In this document: one piece after another, positions 37,541 to 51,500 of the stretch
How the letters are laid out: each line of letters starts with the position of its first letter
How positions within the stretch are numbered: the stretch's first letter is position 1
DNA from: Raillietiella orientalis
Lineage: Eukaryota
Assembly (NCBI GenBank): GCA_036172245.1
Contig: JAYWIR010000005.1
Span: 6,014,001 to 6,078,000, forward strand
DNA: 64,000 bases
Direction of reading: 5' to 3'
Notes under the pieces: generated by a model
What the model saw: only the letters and a program-made list of their open reading frames with translations
What the model was told of the DNA's origin: nothing
The model's database searches: none
Translations under genes and position numbers: made by a program

Positions 37541-40500
37541 CTGCACGTAGGATGACTTCCCTTTTCCTCGTCACCGCAAAGACCTTATGCATGTTTATTT
37601 ATTCGATGTAAATAAACGGCCTAGTGCAGCCAGTTAAAAAACACTTCCCTATCTATGCACTCCTCTGCCTTCTTTCTACACTCTACACTCTCTTTCAAGT
37701 ACTCTCCAGCATGAGATTTGGCCTGCATGTCAGACAAGTCAGACTGTCTGACATGTCTGGCATGTTCTTACATATTTGTATCTATTTTTCATAAACAAGT
37801 GGTTCCACACATTCGAGAAGAGGAAGTCTCAGAGTTTTCTTCCAGGGAGGTTTCATGGATGGATGTCTTCACTCTGTGTTTGATTCGAAAGATCTCCAAG
37901 TCTTTTGGATGGCGCTGCCTAGCTTCACTTGAGAGGTGGGCAGAATCATGCCATCAGTAGGAAATCAGCCGAAACCCAATCTAAGATAGTGGAGTAAATC
38001 ATGATTGTTTTATGTTTTCCACGAGTACGGATCATCTCGGGGTGTCCTCAACATCCTTTCGCACCACTAGCTCGAGGCTCCATGCTTCTGATCTCACGCA
38101 CAGTAAGAAAGAAACGCCTAGATCAGTCTGTATCCGCACTTGTGATGGAAAACACCTCGACTGCGCGTCTGAACTCTAATTTTTCTTTCTCCTCAGGGAA
38201 GAAAAATCAGAATTGGTGTATCCTTGGCGTACCCTTCGACTCGCCAATCGCTAGAGAAAATAAAACATGGATAGCTTCCTGATGGTGTTTCCCGACAGTC
38301 TCATTGGCATTCTGGTATGCCTAAGGTAACGTTTGCTGTGGGCGGTCACACCAAGTCCGAGCTCGAATCCAAACCACCTCTATCCCTGCTGCCATGCCAC
38401 AACCAGCATTACCTGCACAAGAAACCCCGCCTTTTCATTGGTTCATGTTGGCTATTGATTACTCGAGTAATCCCTTCATGATGGTTAGGTACATCCATGC
38501 TATTAGTCGAGTGATGGCGAATGTCATTTCCTATGATGATATAGATTTATTTTTAAAGAGAAGATAAGTTGGGAGAGGATGCCTTCAACCCATTGCTCAG
38601 ATTGGAAACATCCCTAAGCATCCTGGAATTAGGCACGCTGCAAAACTTCAGGAGATTGCTACTTACTTTGCATGCGACAAAAACGGATCTACCTGATGGC
38701 TGTTTGTACAGTACTCACAACTTACTTATTGTATATCGTCTCCAACACCTGTAGCTTTCAATGCCCGTATAGTAATCCTAGGAATCTGTACCTGTCGAGG
38801 CGCATCTTTTCGAAAGTTCCAGAAAAGCGACCAACATGTCAATAACCAAACTCGCCTCATGTAGTGAACATGAAAAGAATCAGGATTTCGTCTACTCTTT
38901 AGCCGTGTCTGCTGCTTTCGTTGATTAAACGGTTGGTCATTACTCCGTCCAAGTTTTGCTTATCTGACGAAATCGCCTGCTGGATTTCCTTTCTTTAACC
39001 TTCTCTTATATGGAACCTTCTCTTGAGGTGTTGGTTCGTTTTTCATGGCATGATGCTCAGCAAAGAAAACCAGCTGCGGACACTGCACGGATCGCGGCCG
39101 TGGTGAATGGGGAAAGATTGCACATCCCTACTGAGTGTGTGAGCACATACTATAGATGAATTGCTATTCAATCTTTTTAAGTGCCCTGAACGAATTATGT
39201 GGCATCGTGGTGGTACGAAGACATTTAAAAAAATCGAAAGCAATTTCTTTTCTTATCAAGAACGCCCTTTGCCCAACCACGCTTGTATCTTCTAAACTTT
39301 TTCACCGTTCACACTCCTTTCTCTCTGCATTCTCACTTTGATTCTGAGAAGATTTGGTGCCCCTCAGAAGTTCTGGTTACAGGACACTACGCACTGACGG
39401 GAGCAGATGGGAAGCGAGCCATGATGATGACAGCACCGAGTGTGGGCTATTGGTGAGAACAATTCAAGATTGACTGGGAACGTAGTGGGCGTACTGGCCT
39501 TCGGAGAGTGTCCTGGAATAGGGATGCCCTCTTTACACACAAACTGCTTTTGTCCTCTGATTTATCCTTGTTTATTTGAAAGGATCACTTCGGAGGACGA
39601 GGTCTCAAGCCGCGATCAGCAGACAGATTTCATTCGCAATTCGAGTGAGTCACTTGATGGCTCCATTTATCATAGAACAGCTGTTCTATCTCGAAAGTTC
39701 AGCCTAGAAAATGAGCCATCTTGAGCTATGCAGATGTCTCGCGAATTGCGGATTTTCACACAGAACACGCCTTCCTCTCCAAGGAGAACATCCGATCCCC
39801 TGTAGCAAAAAAACTGCGTGACCCTACGAACATTTCCAACTCTATGCACCTCCCGGTGATTTCCAAGAGATGACAGGAAAACGCAAGCCATTTCTGATGT
39901 CATTTGTTTGCACGAATCTTTTGAAAATGATAATTTGTCAATCGCGGATTGGTTTTCATGTCCGGAAGCCGGGATCGAATCCTACAGCAAGAATCCTCTT
40001 TCCTTAGTGCGATCTTTTGTCTCGGTAAATCAGTAATCTCATGATCTTTGGTTCGTCAGGTCTGAGATGAAAGTGTGCTTATTTTTAAAGCACTGTCAAA
40101 CGGTTGGTGATGACTTCGAGTTACGAAAGTTCTGCTCCCGATCGTTCTTTATAATAGCTATTACGACCAGCGTGAAGCTGGGTTGCCAGTCCAACACATC
40201 TCTCCTGGACGTGTGAAAGTAGATAATGCACTTTTGAAAAAAGTTTTCACGTCTAGTTCATTCTACGTCAACACAACTACAGGACTGAAGAGAATCGGAG
40301 AATAGCGCAGTTGCTTTGCAGAACAATCCATAGATCACTTCACCGTTGTGACGCTTGTGTGTTTCGTGCAAGAATTCTTCCGAGATGAATCTCGTTTTCC
40401 TAGTGTTCCTTTTGTGGATTCATTCCACGATCGCATCTGCCTTTGGTCCAATAACTGGATATCTCGTCCAAATTGTCGTTCGGTTCCCAAGAGTGTTTTT

Positions 40501-41418
40501 TGCCTTCGTGTACCTACTGACGTCTTCACTTTATCAAAACCACCTGCCATTGGTGCAGCCCACTTCATTTCCTACTTTCCTAAGTCCTTGAGCATGAAGT
40601 ACTGCCTAGTTCTGTCTCGAAATTCCAAAGAGCAGCGCTGAGCCCTTGAAGCCCCAACTGTCTTGCATTGAGATGACTACTACATTCACCACCTTACAAA
40701 TCCTCTTCGTGACGACCCAGAATTCCCTGGGATGATTACGGGAAGAATAATCGCATTGTCCTTCCCGTTGATCTGATTTCCTTCCTTAATACTGGCCTGG
40801 CTTTAGGCAGAGGTAAGAAAATTAAATGGAGAGCACGCCATCTCTAATTATCAGAGGAACAATTATCAATTACTCACATTGTCTATAAGGTTACTGGAGT
40901 AAAGAAATGCATCTAGAACTGAAAAAGATCTGAACCAAAACTCCTGTAAGATTACTCACCTTTCAATATTAAGAGTGTATTGTGTTTATCTTCATAACTT
41001 TCCATCCAACTTTGGCTTTGAACTATCAACAGTCAGTTCTAATAGGGACAAGGAAAAGCTACAGAAGCACTTATAAATTATTTATGAGGTGACTCTTAAT
41101 TATGAACATATGCAGGCATTAAGACAAACACAAGGGTTATCTCAATGGAATGTAAAAAAATAGTTAAGGAAGCAGTAACTGGTAGCAAAGTTCTGACAAG
41201 TAACAAGGAGATGAATGATTTCTCTGATGAAGAAAAAGTGACTGCCAAATAAAAATTACTGCTCATTTCCGAGATCATGGAACATTAAAAGTGCATTTTT
41301 CCGATAAATCTGTTTTCAAGTTCGAGATCAAATTACCCGTTTCTTAGAAGGGCACTTCATTGGAAATACTGAGTGCATATGAAAACTCAACTTCTTGCCC
41401 ATTCTAACCATTCTAACT

Positions 41419-41455
41419 AAGTGCGATATTCTAACTAACTTAGAATATCGCACTT
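41419..41455. repeat. Perfect 16-bp inverted repeat with a 5-nt spacer
   Basis: AAGTGCGATATTCTAA-ctaac-TTAGAATATCGCACTT. Confidence 0.95.
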
Positions 41456-41518
41456 TGTATATTCAAATAGCAAGTTAAGAATATAGCACTTTCATCTTCA
41501 GGTACATGCTAATCTGTA

Positions 41519-41769
41519 CAATCTGTACAATGCTTCCCAGCGCTCGCCTCCCCTTGGTTTTTTTGTTTGATTTTTTTTTGTTCCTTCTTTGTGGTTTTTC
41601 CTTCCCCATCGCCTTCAGGGAGGACCTCAGCGGCCTGCGGGCCGGCAGCGGCAAGTGTGTCAAGACAGGCAGAACCACGTGTTCTGCCTGCACATAATTC
41701 AAGACTTTATTATCAAATTTTTATTATAAAAATCTTAATAATAAATGCCTCGGCATATCCGGGTGATAA
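41519..41769 (+). mobile_element. ~250-bp 5'-truncated retroposon insertion with a 15-bp target-site duplication
   Basis: Exact direct repeat ACATGCTAATCTGTA at 41504-41518 and 41770-41784. The interior matches the LINE family 3'UTR (ggacctcagcggcctgcg..., agaaccacgtgt) and ends in CTCGG-CATAT-CCGGGTGATAA. Confidence 0.75.
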
Positions 41770-41849
41770 ACATGCTAATCTGTAAGCAATTTTCGGTTAT
41801 CCATTTGGCCATAAATCAGCTTTTGAATTTGTTGTGGATGGTCAACCGA

Positions 41850-42550
41850 ACAAGCATCTGAAAAATTACTCTTAGCATTATATCAGTGAAAATTGGCACA
41901 AGAAAGCTCCAAGCTTCATCAGGACTGCAACTTTATGTCCACGAGGATCCCTTCTCATCTATCAGCTGATAATCAATAGAACGCGAAATACATTTTTAAA
42001 AAAATTCATCATGTGTACACATGGCTCAAGATTTTCTCCCCTGAGCTGCCAGGTTCCCAGAAGAGGGATCTTCTTAGGATACAAAAAAATCCTTCGAAGA
42101 GAGCCTTGAACTACGCGATGAATCGGTAAATTCCTTTGCAATATGCCTGTCTAGAAGCTTCTGTCAGCTTCGATCTCTGACGGTATCTGATTTAGCTCTG
42201 ATTTGAAACCCACGTCTTCAGACTTCTCCCCGTCTTGCTTATTGTGTCTCCCAAAAAAATTTTGCCAGGATTTTCTGAAAGATGCTTGAGACTTGAATTC
42301 TACAGTCCGGAGAGTCCCAGTGACCATCCACGGATTCCCTTTCGCACCTACCTGAGGACAGTTCTTTCCGTGAAAAAGGCTTTTCCATATTAATACGTTG
42401 TGCAAGGTCAGAAAGTGCATGTTCGATGGCGTGGATTGCTCGGCAGTTGCCAAACGAAGATATCGTTGATTCCGTGAGAATCTCTTGAACCACTGCTTCG
42501 AGATAAGTTCCCACCGGCTCTTCCATAGGCTTCTGCTATGTGTTGTCCAC
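41850..42550 (-). mobile_element. Decayed LINE linker/RT-start remnant
   Basis: LAQRINMEKPFSRKEL and VEF...SWQNFF resemble LxxPITxxEL...EFYxxFW. Confidence 0.3.
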
Positions 42551-45500
42551 TGCTACGGCTGCCTCTTTTCAGTGGAAGGTTCATAATGGCCTGACCACCT
42601 TTTAACTATTAGATTCATTCGTATGCATCTTTTTTTTTTTTTTTTGAGACAATCCCTACTCTGCAAGCTGTTGAGGCACGTCTTCCGGAATCTCTCACCA
42701 GAGCAGAAGTCTTCCTGGATGAAGACTCGCCCTATTGCACCCCATTGCAGTGAAGATGTGTTGTTATTCTTCGAAGGTATAGCACGAAGATCGGCTTGGT
42801 GGTAGCAAATGATCAGTGTACAGAGTATGTTATTGTTTGTTACTGCAGGGGCAATGTAATTGCTCTATGGAAAATAGCAGCTTTGTTTAAAAAATTCAAA
42901 AATAGCTGGTTGGATCTCTCAAGCTGGAAAGCAATCGTAGGAATATCGAAACATTTGAAAACCACATTGGAATGTTCATCTCTATCCTACTTGAATTGAT
43001 TCCATTGGGTTATCACCAAGGATTGCAACATGCTACGGGATGCATCTGAAAAATAAATCTTCAGACCTTTTTAGAGAACTGTGCAAAAGCTTTCTCGCCA
43101 CCCGTTTTTTTTCCTTCTAAAGAAAGGAAAAAAAAAAAACCTCCATCGTAACCTCAGAAATGAGCAACCTCGGACACTGAACCCTTGCTTGGCTTGTTTC
43201 TGTGCATACATGCACACACACACATATATACAAGAAACCATCGTTTTTTCGTGTACAGAGTACAAAATACAAATTGAAATTGTCAGATCACAGTGATGAC
43301 TAGAACAGTTTCCCTATGCAAGTTCAGTGAACGGGTTCAGTTCAAGGTTGATATAACAGTATCGCAAATTTTTTTTTAGTAATAAGCACAGCAGCCAAAT
43401 TTGTTCCTTACTTGGCGGTTTCAAGTGAGGAAAACCTTTTTTCTGTCTATACTGCAGGATTGTGTATGTATATTTATGTTCTGAAATTCCCGATTCAAGA
43501 GGCAGCAAGCTCAATTTATGCATTAAACTTGGGAACCTCACTCTCAATCGGTATCCCACAGATTTTGAATTTCGGTACAGAACATTTGTCAGCTTAAGTA
43601 ATGTTGCTTTTAAGTAAATGAAAAGATGCAAAATTCCAGTCTTGTATGCACGTTTAAAACAGCCGAAGAAATTAAAGATAGAAATTTGCCCTTGCAACTG
43701 ATTCATTTCAATAAGCTGAAGGCATGGAAGCTATGGATGGGTGAGATCAGCATTGATGAAATCCTCTTGAAGTTTTTCATAAACAAGCAATGAGGATGTG
43801 AAGAATGTCAAGAATAAACTTACATAAATCTTTTGTGTTCACATACATGCCTGTACACAAGTAACAACATGAGTTCTAACCACTTATCTGTGTAAAGCTG
43901 ATCATTATCTATTGAATGTAAAACCTAATTGAATATACTGTCTCTATTAATTTAATTGTAAGAATTATTATAATAACAAAACTACATTTTTCTCAGAACG
44001 AAGATATTGCACTCACATCATTCAGCCACATGCATTTTAAGCAATAAACTTGTTTATATAGGCTAATTCATGCCAATTAAAACCTGTAATCTTTGATACA
44101 CTGCAGTTATCAGACCATAAACAGGGACACAAACTATAGATCAAGTTGAAAATGGTAGAAGCCTTTTAGGGTAACAAAACTAAGGTCATAAGGAAACCGA
44201 TTGATGAAATTGGATTAACATTAAATTAAATAAGCATTACTGCTCAAGCAAAACTGAAGTGTGTATGCTGTCTGCTGCATTTAAGACAATAAAATAGAAG
44301 TGCACTTTCTTGATATTCAACAGTGCAACACACTTGAACAAAATTGGTGAAAGTTAAGCTTTGCACAAATATTTATCGATTGTACCCTAAGGGAGGCTGG
44401 CTTGATATGTTTGCAATGAAATCCATAGAGCCAACACAGACAAAACACCTGTCTCCTCAATTAGTTCTCTTTACCGATCGATTCTGACATCGCCTACACA
44501 TTTCCATCAGCACATTTACCTACTTTGCTGTTCTTTGCCTTCCTCGTCCAACTTTTACGCCATAAAATCTGTACCATATGATCTTGCATGAATGATTTGT
44601 TAGCTCATACAACAAATAGAGCCCATTTACCCTATCCATGGCTGTTCGAAGAAACAAACTGTGAAGGTCATTCTCGTGTCCTTAAAATACTTATGAATGA
44701 GCAGAAATTTCTAAAGTTTCCGGTAAAGTTGGCCTTACAGTCTTCAAAGCTATCACTCGTTTTAAAATCTGATAATGATTAGGGCGTTTGTCACTTGAGG
44801 ATGTACAATCGGAACACAACGAAGTTTATCCCTTACGAAACAGAAACCCCATTATGATTACAACGAAGTTGAATGTGGAAAACCAGGACCGCGGAATCAC
44901 GAACGAAATGAATAGATAATACCTAAAAAACTCTTTTCTACAGAACAATGTTATACTTCAAGGATCCTTGAATATGCAATCCAGGAAGACATGGTTCAGC
45001 TTATGTGAAACGAAGACACCACTATGTAACGCATCGGGAGTTGCTTGAGCTGAAGCTTTTGCAGCTGCACACTCGCCCCAGTAACGCGATCACCTTCGAG
45101 ATTGAGACTATGATTTATCATATTTAAGAAAAAGATTTGAAACATTCCAAGCAGCATTTGTAATACAAGGCCGCGTTGAAATTGAAAACAAAACACCTTG
45201 GAACCACATGAGCACGAGGGAGGCAGCTCCCGGTCGCAACGAGTGCCCGGAAGTGTTTTCCCAGTTGCACTTCCTGCAGTTCAGAATCATGTGGTTTGCC
45301 TCTCTTACAGCTTGCTCGTTGTCTTATTTTGAAAGGATTAATCATTTGAAATTAATAGATCGTTTCTTTCTTTGATTTTATATTCAAGACTCTCACCTCT
45401 AGATATCAGGGTCACAGATATAACAACCAAGGCTCCCAATGTAAAGAATTGCATGTGAATTACTCTTGAGCATCTTTAGGAAATGACGATCGTAAATTTG

Positions 45501-46199
45501 TAAAGTGGACAAACACCGACCAAGATAGCAAACACAGAATACAGATATAGGTATATAAACAAAATAAGAATCTGACTATACCTTGAAAAGCAAGATTTGA
45601 TTCAGAGTCTAGAGAAAAAGTGAAATGAAGTTACCTGAAAACAATCGTAAGTGCATGCTCAAGCAAGCGACTGGGAGATAAATACAGGTTAAAATATTCC
45701 TCTTAACGTATGAGATATCCTCTTCAAAGGGATTCCAACAGGGAATAAAACGTTTCGGTTCAGTTTTAAAGACAAATGAAGGAGACAGCAGAGTAAGGAA
45801 AGCTTGATTTTAACTTGTTTAACAAATGAGAAGTTTGCATGAAGAAAATTATAACAAAGACTTCTCAAAATGAACAAATTCTCCTAGCTATATAAAAATG
45901 GCAGAACAAATGTTTCAAAAAGTGAGTTTGACTTTTGCTTCTTCTTTTTTTTCCTATTTCGACAACGAAAGGACATAATACATGTACACAATACATGTTT
46001 CTTCCTGAACTACATACTCGATGTAAAAATCATTGCTTGTTTTGCCCCAATTCATGCTGCGTGAATTGAACCAGTTCTTTTAGATCTCTGGTTTTATCAA
46101 TTTGTTTCAAACAAAAGCTTTGGAAACGCGAACAATTAGTTAAAGAACAATTAGGAACCAATTACTGTATTAGCGGAAATACGTGTTGATGTTTTCACA

Positions 46200-49100
46200 G
46201 AATGGCCGATTCCTCCATGAGCACATTATTCACTTTCCTATTTATAGCTTGTAAATCCTGTCCACCAAAAGACGTTTTCGCTCGTCTTATGCGGTTCTGA
46301 CTTTGCAGAATGTAATGGAATATGCTGTGTATTCTGGAAGACTACTCTCCAACATTCTTATTCATCCACACAGGTCGCAAACAGTTTGTAACGTGACAAG
46401 TACCATCCTTAGTCTGAGGTTGCTGAACTATTCGATCGAACTGCTTGACCCCGTATAATTCCAAGTGAATCTTGCTATAATTTGAATAAATTTACTTATC
46501 ATCATTTGAAATGAACTTATGATATGAACTTATGCTTGATTGAAAAGTAGCATGTCATTCCTCCAGTTGGATGTTCCGTGATAGAGGGTATAAAACAATA
46601 ATATGAGGGAGCTCAAAAGTCTTCAGTCCATTAAGATTGGCCACAAACTACCGAAAACAGCAAATTCGGCCTCAGAAGAGAAGGCTGAGTACTCTTCGTG
46701 GCAACTCTTGTTTACCGAGTAAACTTACTGTTTCACATTTTCTGAGTAGTTTGCTTTCTACACTAAATTTTAGGCTCGTAAATGTCTTACTGTTCTCACA
46801 TTTGTGGCGTTAATTTTTTTTGAAAAAAAAAAAAATCGAAAGCGTCTTTGTAGAGTAAGAGTCGCTATCATGGATTTATATAGGTTGCAAGCTTATATGT
46901 CACTTTCTCTCTAGCGAGAAGGATAATCTCAATTAGCATTTTAGTGATTACTTTCACTCAGTCTGTGATGATCTTTAGCAATTATCAGCAAAGAGGAACG
47001 AAGTAAAAGAGCCAAATCAAATCTGTAAGAAATGATAGTCGCTTTGTAAGAAACGATGCAATCAACTCAAGTCCACAGAGTTTCCATCTTTTATTACGAA
47101 TCGTCTTGCACAGCAGAAAAGTTTTCAGTGAAAAATGAAAAACTTAAAAATGCATTTTTGAAAGCTACAGACAAAGCATGATCTGAAGATTAACGACGCC
47201 TAAACCGAAATTGCCGATCGATGACGTTAGGCCATGAAGACAAACAGTAAAGGAAAGAATTGGCAACCATGCCTGTTGGTTTTGAGAATTTACAAATTAA
47301 TACAAGGATCTTTTTTCCCATCACGGCACTCTGATGGTTCTTGTGCTTGGGCATGGCTCAATACTGGATGAGAGTATTTGTACATTGCACTCTTTCCGTT
47401 CTCACTGTAAAGGAAGAACCCGGAATCCTTCTGTTGAAGGATTCCGGGTTCTGCAACGTCTTTCGAAGCTCCATAGCATCAGAGCAGCCCCCGACCAAGC
47501 AGTTTGCGCTCCTTAAGTCAAACGATGTGTCTTGTGAGGTCATTGCGAGAGCGGCTTTTCATCATGAAAGTTCTGGGCTCTTACTGTTCATCGCTAAACA
47601 ATTCCTATAGGGCTAATTCAGGCTGCAACAACAACCATGCAAATCTCAAGCTCTGTTCGGGAGGAAGAACTACGGAGGAGGCTGCTTGAGTCCCCTCTGT
47701 AAAGCAGTTGCATATTTTAGTGTAAGGATCATTCTTCTGAGACTGCGGGAGCTGTCACTACATCTGAGAAATTTCCACTCCGGCGGAAGCCAATGTAATT
47801 TCCTATGGAAAACGAGAGGCGACTAGAGTGAATGGCCATATGCATCGGATCAAACGGCGAGGGAATCTGGAGCTGCAAAGGAGGAGAACCTATGTCCTTA
47901 CCACCTTCTTTGGGGAAGTCTGGAAATGTAGCCATTTTGGTCTCGCAGAATGGACCCTGAACGCCATTCAAGTCTGGCTGACGAGCTGTGCTTTCACGTG
48001 ATGAGTTAAGAAATGTCGGAGTATGCACTGCAAGTTCTCAACTCCATCTCCACTTTCCGCCTTAATAAAAGGCTCCTTCCAACACTGACCTCCAGGATCC
48101 AGAGTAACACTAGAACTCTGACCGGAAAGCTGGTGTGATGTGAGACGAGCATGAGCTGCTCAGGATGTCAACCTTTATTAGCACAGAGAGGAGCTGCTCT
48201 CCAGATCACGACAATCACAGCATGGACCCTACTTTTGAATGATGTGCACACGAGAACTCCTTCCAAGCACAACAGTTCGGAAAGGGCTCTCTCTACAGAG
48301 TTCTTATGGAACCGGAATGCCGCACCCATTTGGTGGATATCAATGATTGGGTGCGTTTAGATTCCAGTTAGCCACGCACTGCGTCATCCAAAGATCTCTG
48401 GCGGCTTTTCACGTGACATCTCTCGCTTTATTTAATGAATGTTCACATGCCTTTCTACCTTGTTTTAGTACTTTTAACTCTGGTGTTACCGATGTAGGTC
48501 GATTTCTATGCCAGTGGGAACTAAAGTGTAGCAAAACCAAAGGTTGGACAAGTCTGCCTTGGGCACTGCTCATTCTCTGCTCTCAAGCATTTTATCGCCT
48601 AATACGGTGATCCGGAGACACATATTCCAAATCAGTCTCAGTTAAATCATCTCATTGGAGTCTCCCACTTTCACAGAGTCTGGAATGATGCCAACACTTG
48701 ATGGAAAAGATTATCGTGGCATGCCGTAAAGAGAAGTTCAATAATCTTGAACTACTTGACCAGTCTGGCGCTCCTTACACTTTCCGGTCAGGTGATGGCG
48801 TAAACTTGTGATTGCAGTCCGATTCCTAAGAAAAAGTGCGTGTGTTCCCTGCAATTTAGAAGACTGAGAGTAGCATGCAAAGAAATTTAGATTAGGATCA
48901 GTTATCCAGTGAATCTACAGAATAGGAACATGAATTACAGGAGCACATTATGTTTATCAAGTATCGTCTTCCAGAATATTTATTATTGGTTACGATTTGA
49001 ACGATGACTTCACTGGTGGAAGCTTTCAATCGGAAACCTCCAACATTCCCTAATGTCCACAACATGGAGAAGATCCCATTTGCGAAAGTGAAATATGCAC

Positions 49101-51500
49101 ATCCTTAAACTAAAATCACCATCGAGAGCATTAAAAAAAAATTAATTCATTAAATTCCACTGTACCATTGCGGTCCTCTTGAATTAAATTATTCCTTTTA
49201 CAGATGCTTTTTTCCTAAGGGGTCAGCAGAACATTATCCACATGTAATCCTGCCTGGACTCATCCCCAGGAAATGGCCTCCCCGTGCATGTTCACAAATA
49301 TAAACAACGAATGTAAGGGTTATCCTTCCTCTGAATACGCACTGAACGCAGAATTGCATTTAGGAATGTTTTCATCTTGGCTGCATAACTGTGATATCCG
49401 TAGCACTATTTGACGCCAGGAGTCTTCTAGATCTCTGTGTTGACACCGAAGCGTGCAAAAAGCGTGACAAATATTTAATTATATGTGCATTTATGTATCT
49501 GCATCCCAATGCTGCTCTGCTACGATGGCAACATTAACGAGAGTTTTTTGCATTCCTGGATTCTAATCTGTGCCACCACACTGCAAAAATACTCCCCTGA
49601 AATACTGTGCTCTTTAAAAGGTTGGAGCTCCGGTTTGTGCATTGCGACCTTTGCTTGTGTCTCTCTGTGTTGACTGTGCTCCCGTTTCTACTTTGGTCCC
49701 ACTTTGAAGAGTTCTATCCCTGGGAGGAGATTCTTGTTTTGCAATGGTAGATTTTGTCTTCCTTTTTTCCCCCCTTTTTCTGTAGGAGTTCTACCACCAA
49801 GAATCGAGTCGGCTTCGCAGAGTAATCTTTCAGATCCTCTTTCAAATTTTCTTCATCTGCAAGCTGTATTCTCAAGGTTCCTCAGTGTTTTTCTCGGTCT
49901 TTTCTTTATGCAAAGGCGGCTGTGCTAACTTCCAATCTCCCACTTGGTTTTCTGCCTTCTGTTCTCAGATGCTGCATGAAAGCGTATGTCGCAGATTGAT
50001 TGCAGCTTCTATAGCTGATATTACAAATATTGCCTTGAAATTTCACCACTCGAAAGATGGTGTTTAGAAGAGGTTCTGATTCCTGAGCATGTTTTAGAAG
50101 ATTTACACACTTTACACTCTTTACAAACCACGCATACATGGTGTGTAAAGGAATCTAGATTAAAATCATCAATGTTGCAAAAATTTCGTTTTTATAATAA
50201 GTCATTATTATGAACCGCTTCCAATTACAAACAAAAAGAGAAAAAAAGGAAAGGTCCAGTTCATAAGTGGTTTTGGAAAAAAGAATAAACTGAAATTCAG
50301 ATAAATTTATTTCCATTTCCATTCCCTGGCTTTCGATTTCAAACCCCTTATTTTAAACAACCATAGAAGCAAACTATTAAGCCATGCTATGCCGCCTACG
50401 TATGAAAGTGAAAAAGTATGAGAATCTTCATTATGGGTTTTCTTTGAAAATCTTTCAGAAGAACCTGATTCGTTATACATACAAATTTCCAACGACTTTT
50501 GGATTGCACAACTAATCACGAAGAGTAAACTTGGTTTATTAAGCTGCCTTTTGTGATTTTTGAACAGAAAGTCCCCCCCCCCCCCTCAAAAGAATACAGT
50601 GCAGCCTAGCTTACGGCTGATACGTGTTGTAGCAGTCATTTCAAAATTACGGTCATGTGAGCCGATAACATTTGGTATTCCTGGGTCAGTTTCAGATTAC
50701 AATAGTCACACATCATTTCCATGGTCCAGGTAAGAATGGCATGCCATTCAACTGAGTCACACCCTCATTTCCTTTAAAATAAATTTAGAGAACATGCATT
50801 AACGAGATACGCAAAAACTTTGTGATAAAACACTTTTATCAGTCTTAAAAATATGCACATGATTATAAACTTCTAATCGTTAACTCGCTCTTGTTGCAAA
50901 GCCACATGACGGAAGTTTTTGGTGATAATCTCATTTGATTTCTTCCATTCTCTTTGTTTAGAAGCTAGGAAAACGAATGCATGCAAGTGCCACAAATTCC
51001 GTGTTATCTCTCTCTCTGAATCCTCTGCCACGCCACAAAAATTGAAAGAAACGTCGTACGAGGTTCGATTTTTCAATTTCCTTGAAATGAATCAGACAAC
51101 AGCCGATGCTTTCATCATGCCGGCACATCTGCCAGGGTGCACAACTATCCTGCTGTTTTTTAACATACTCTGCTCTGCAGAATCGAAGATCACCCCTTCA
51201 TCGAAACCAATAAAGTTCCTGCAGGCAAATTGGTTTGTGCGCTTCATAGAAGACGCTTTTTTTTTTCTTCCAGAAAGGAAGACGCTAGGTAGAGGTTGGG
51301 AATCAACGGGCATCACCTTGGTTACGTGGTTGATCTCGGATCTCTATCTTTCCAGATGCCTGCCGTACAAGATTATTTCAAACATGGAGCAACTTGCATG
51401 TATGCAGTTACATCTTTGGATGTTTCGGCAGGAGGCTTTTGATCCATGTCACACGTGCCTTCCATACTCGTGAAATTATCATCGGAAACCATTTGCAGTG
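46200..51500 (-). mobile_element. Old, heavily decayed near-full-length LINE ORF2
   Basis: Remnants in the expected order on the minus strand: NLYL...EK..FYE...GDL (endonuclease, ~51290-51185), FPKEGG..IG (thumb, ~47900) and CDLCG (zf-RVT, ~46375). Confidence 0.4.

Noticed and set aside
40394..40591. Short ORF with a signal-peptide-like start (MNLVFLVFLLWIHSTIASA)
   Set aside because: A hydrophobic run is expected by chance in T-rich sequence, and there is no other support.
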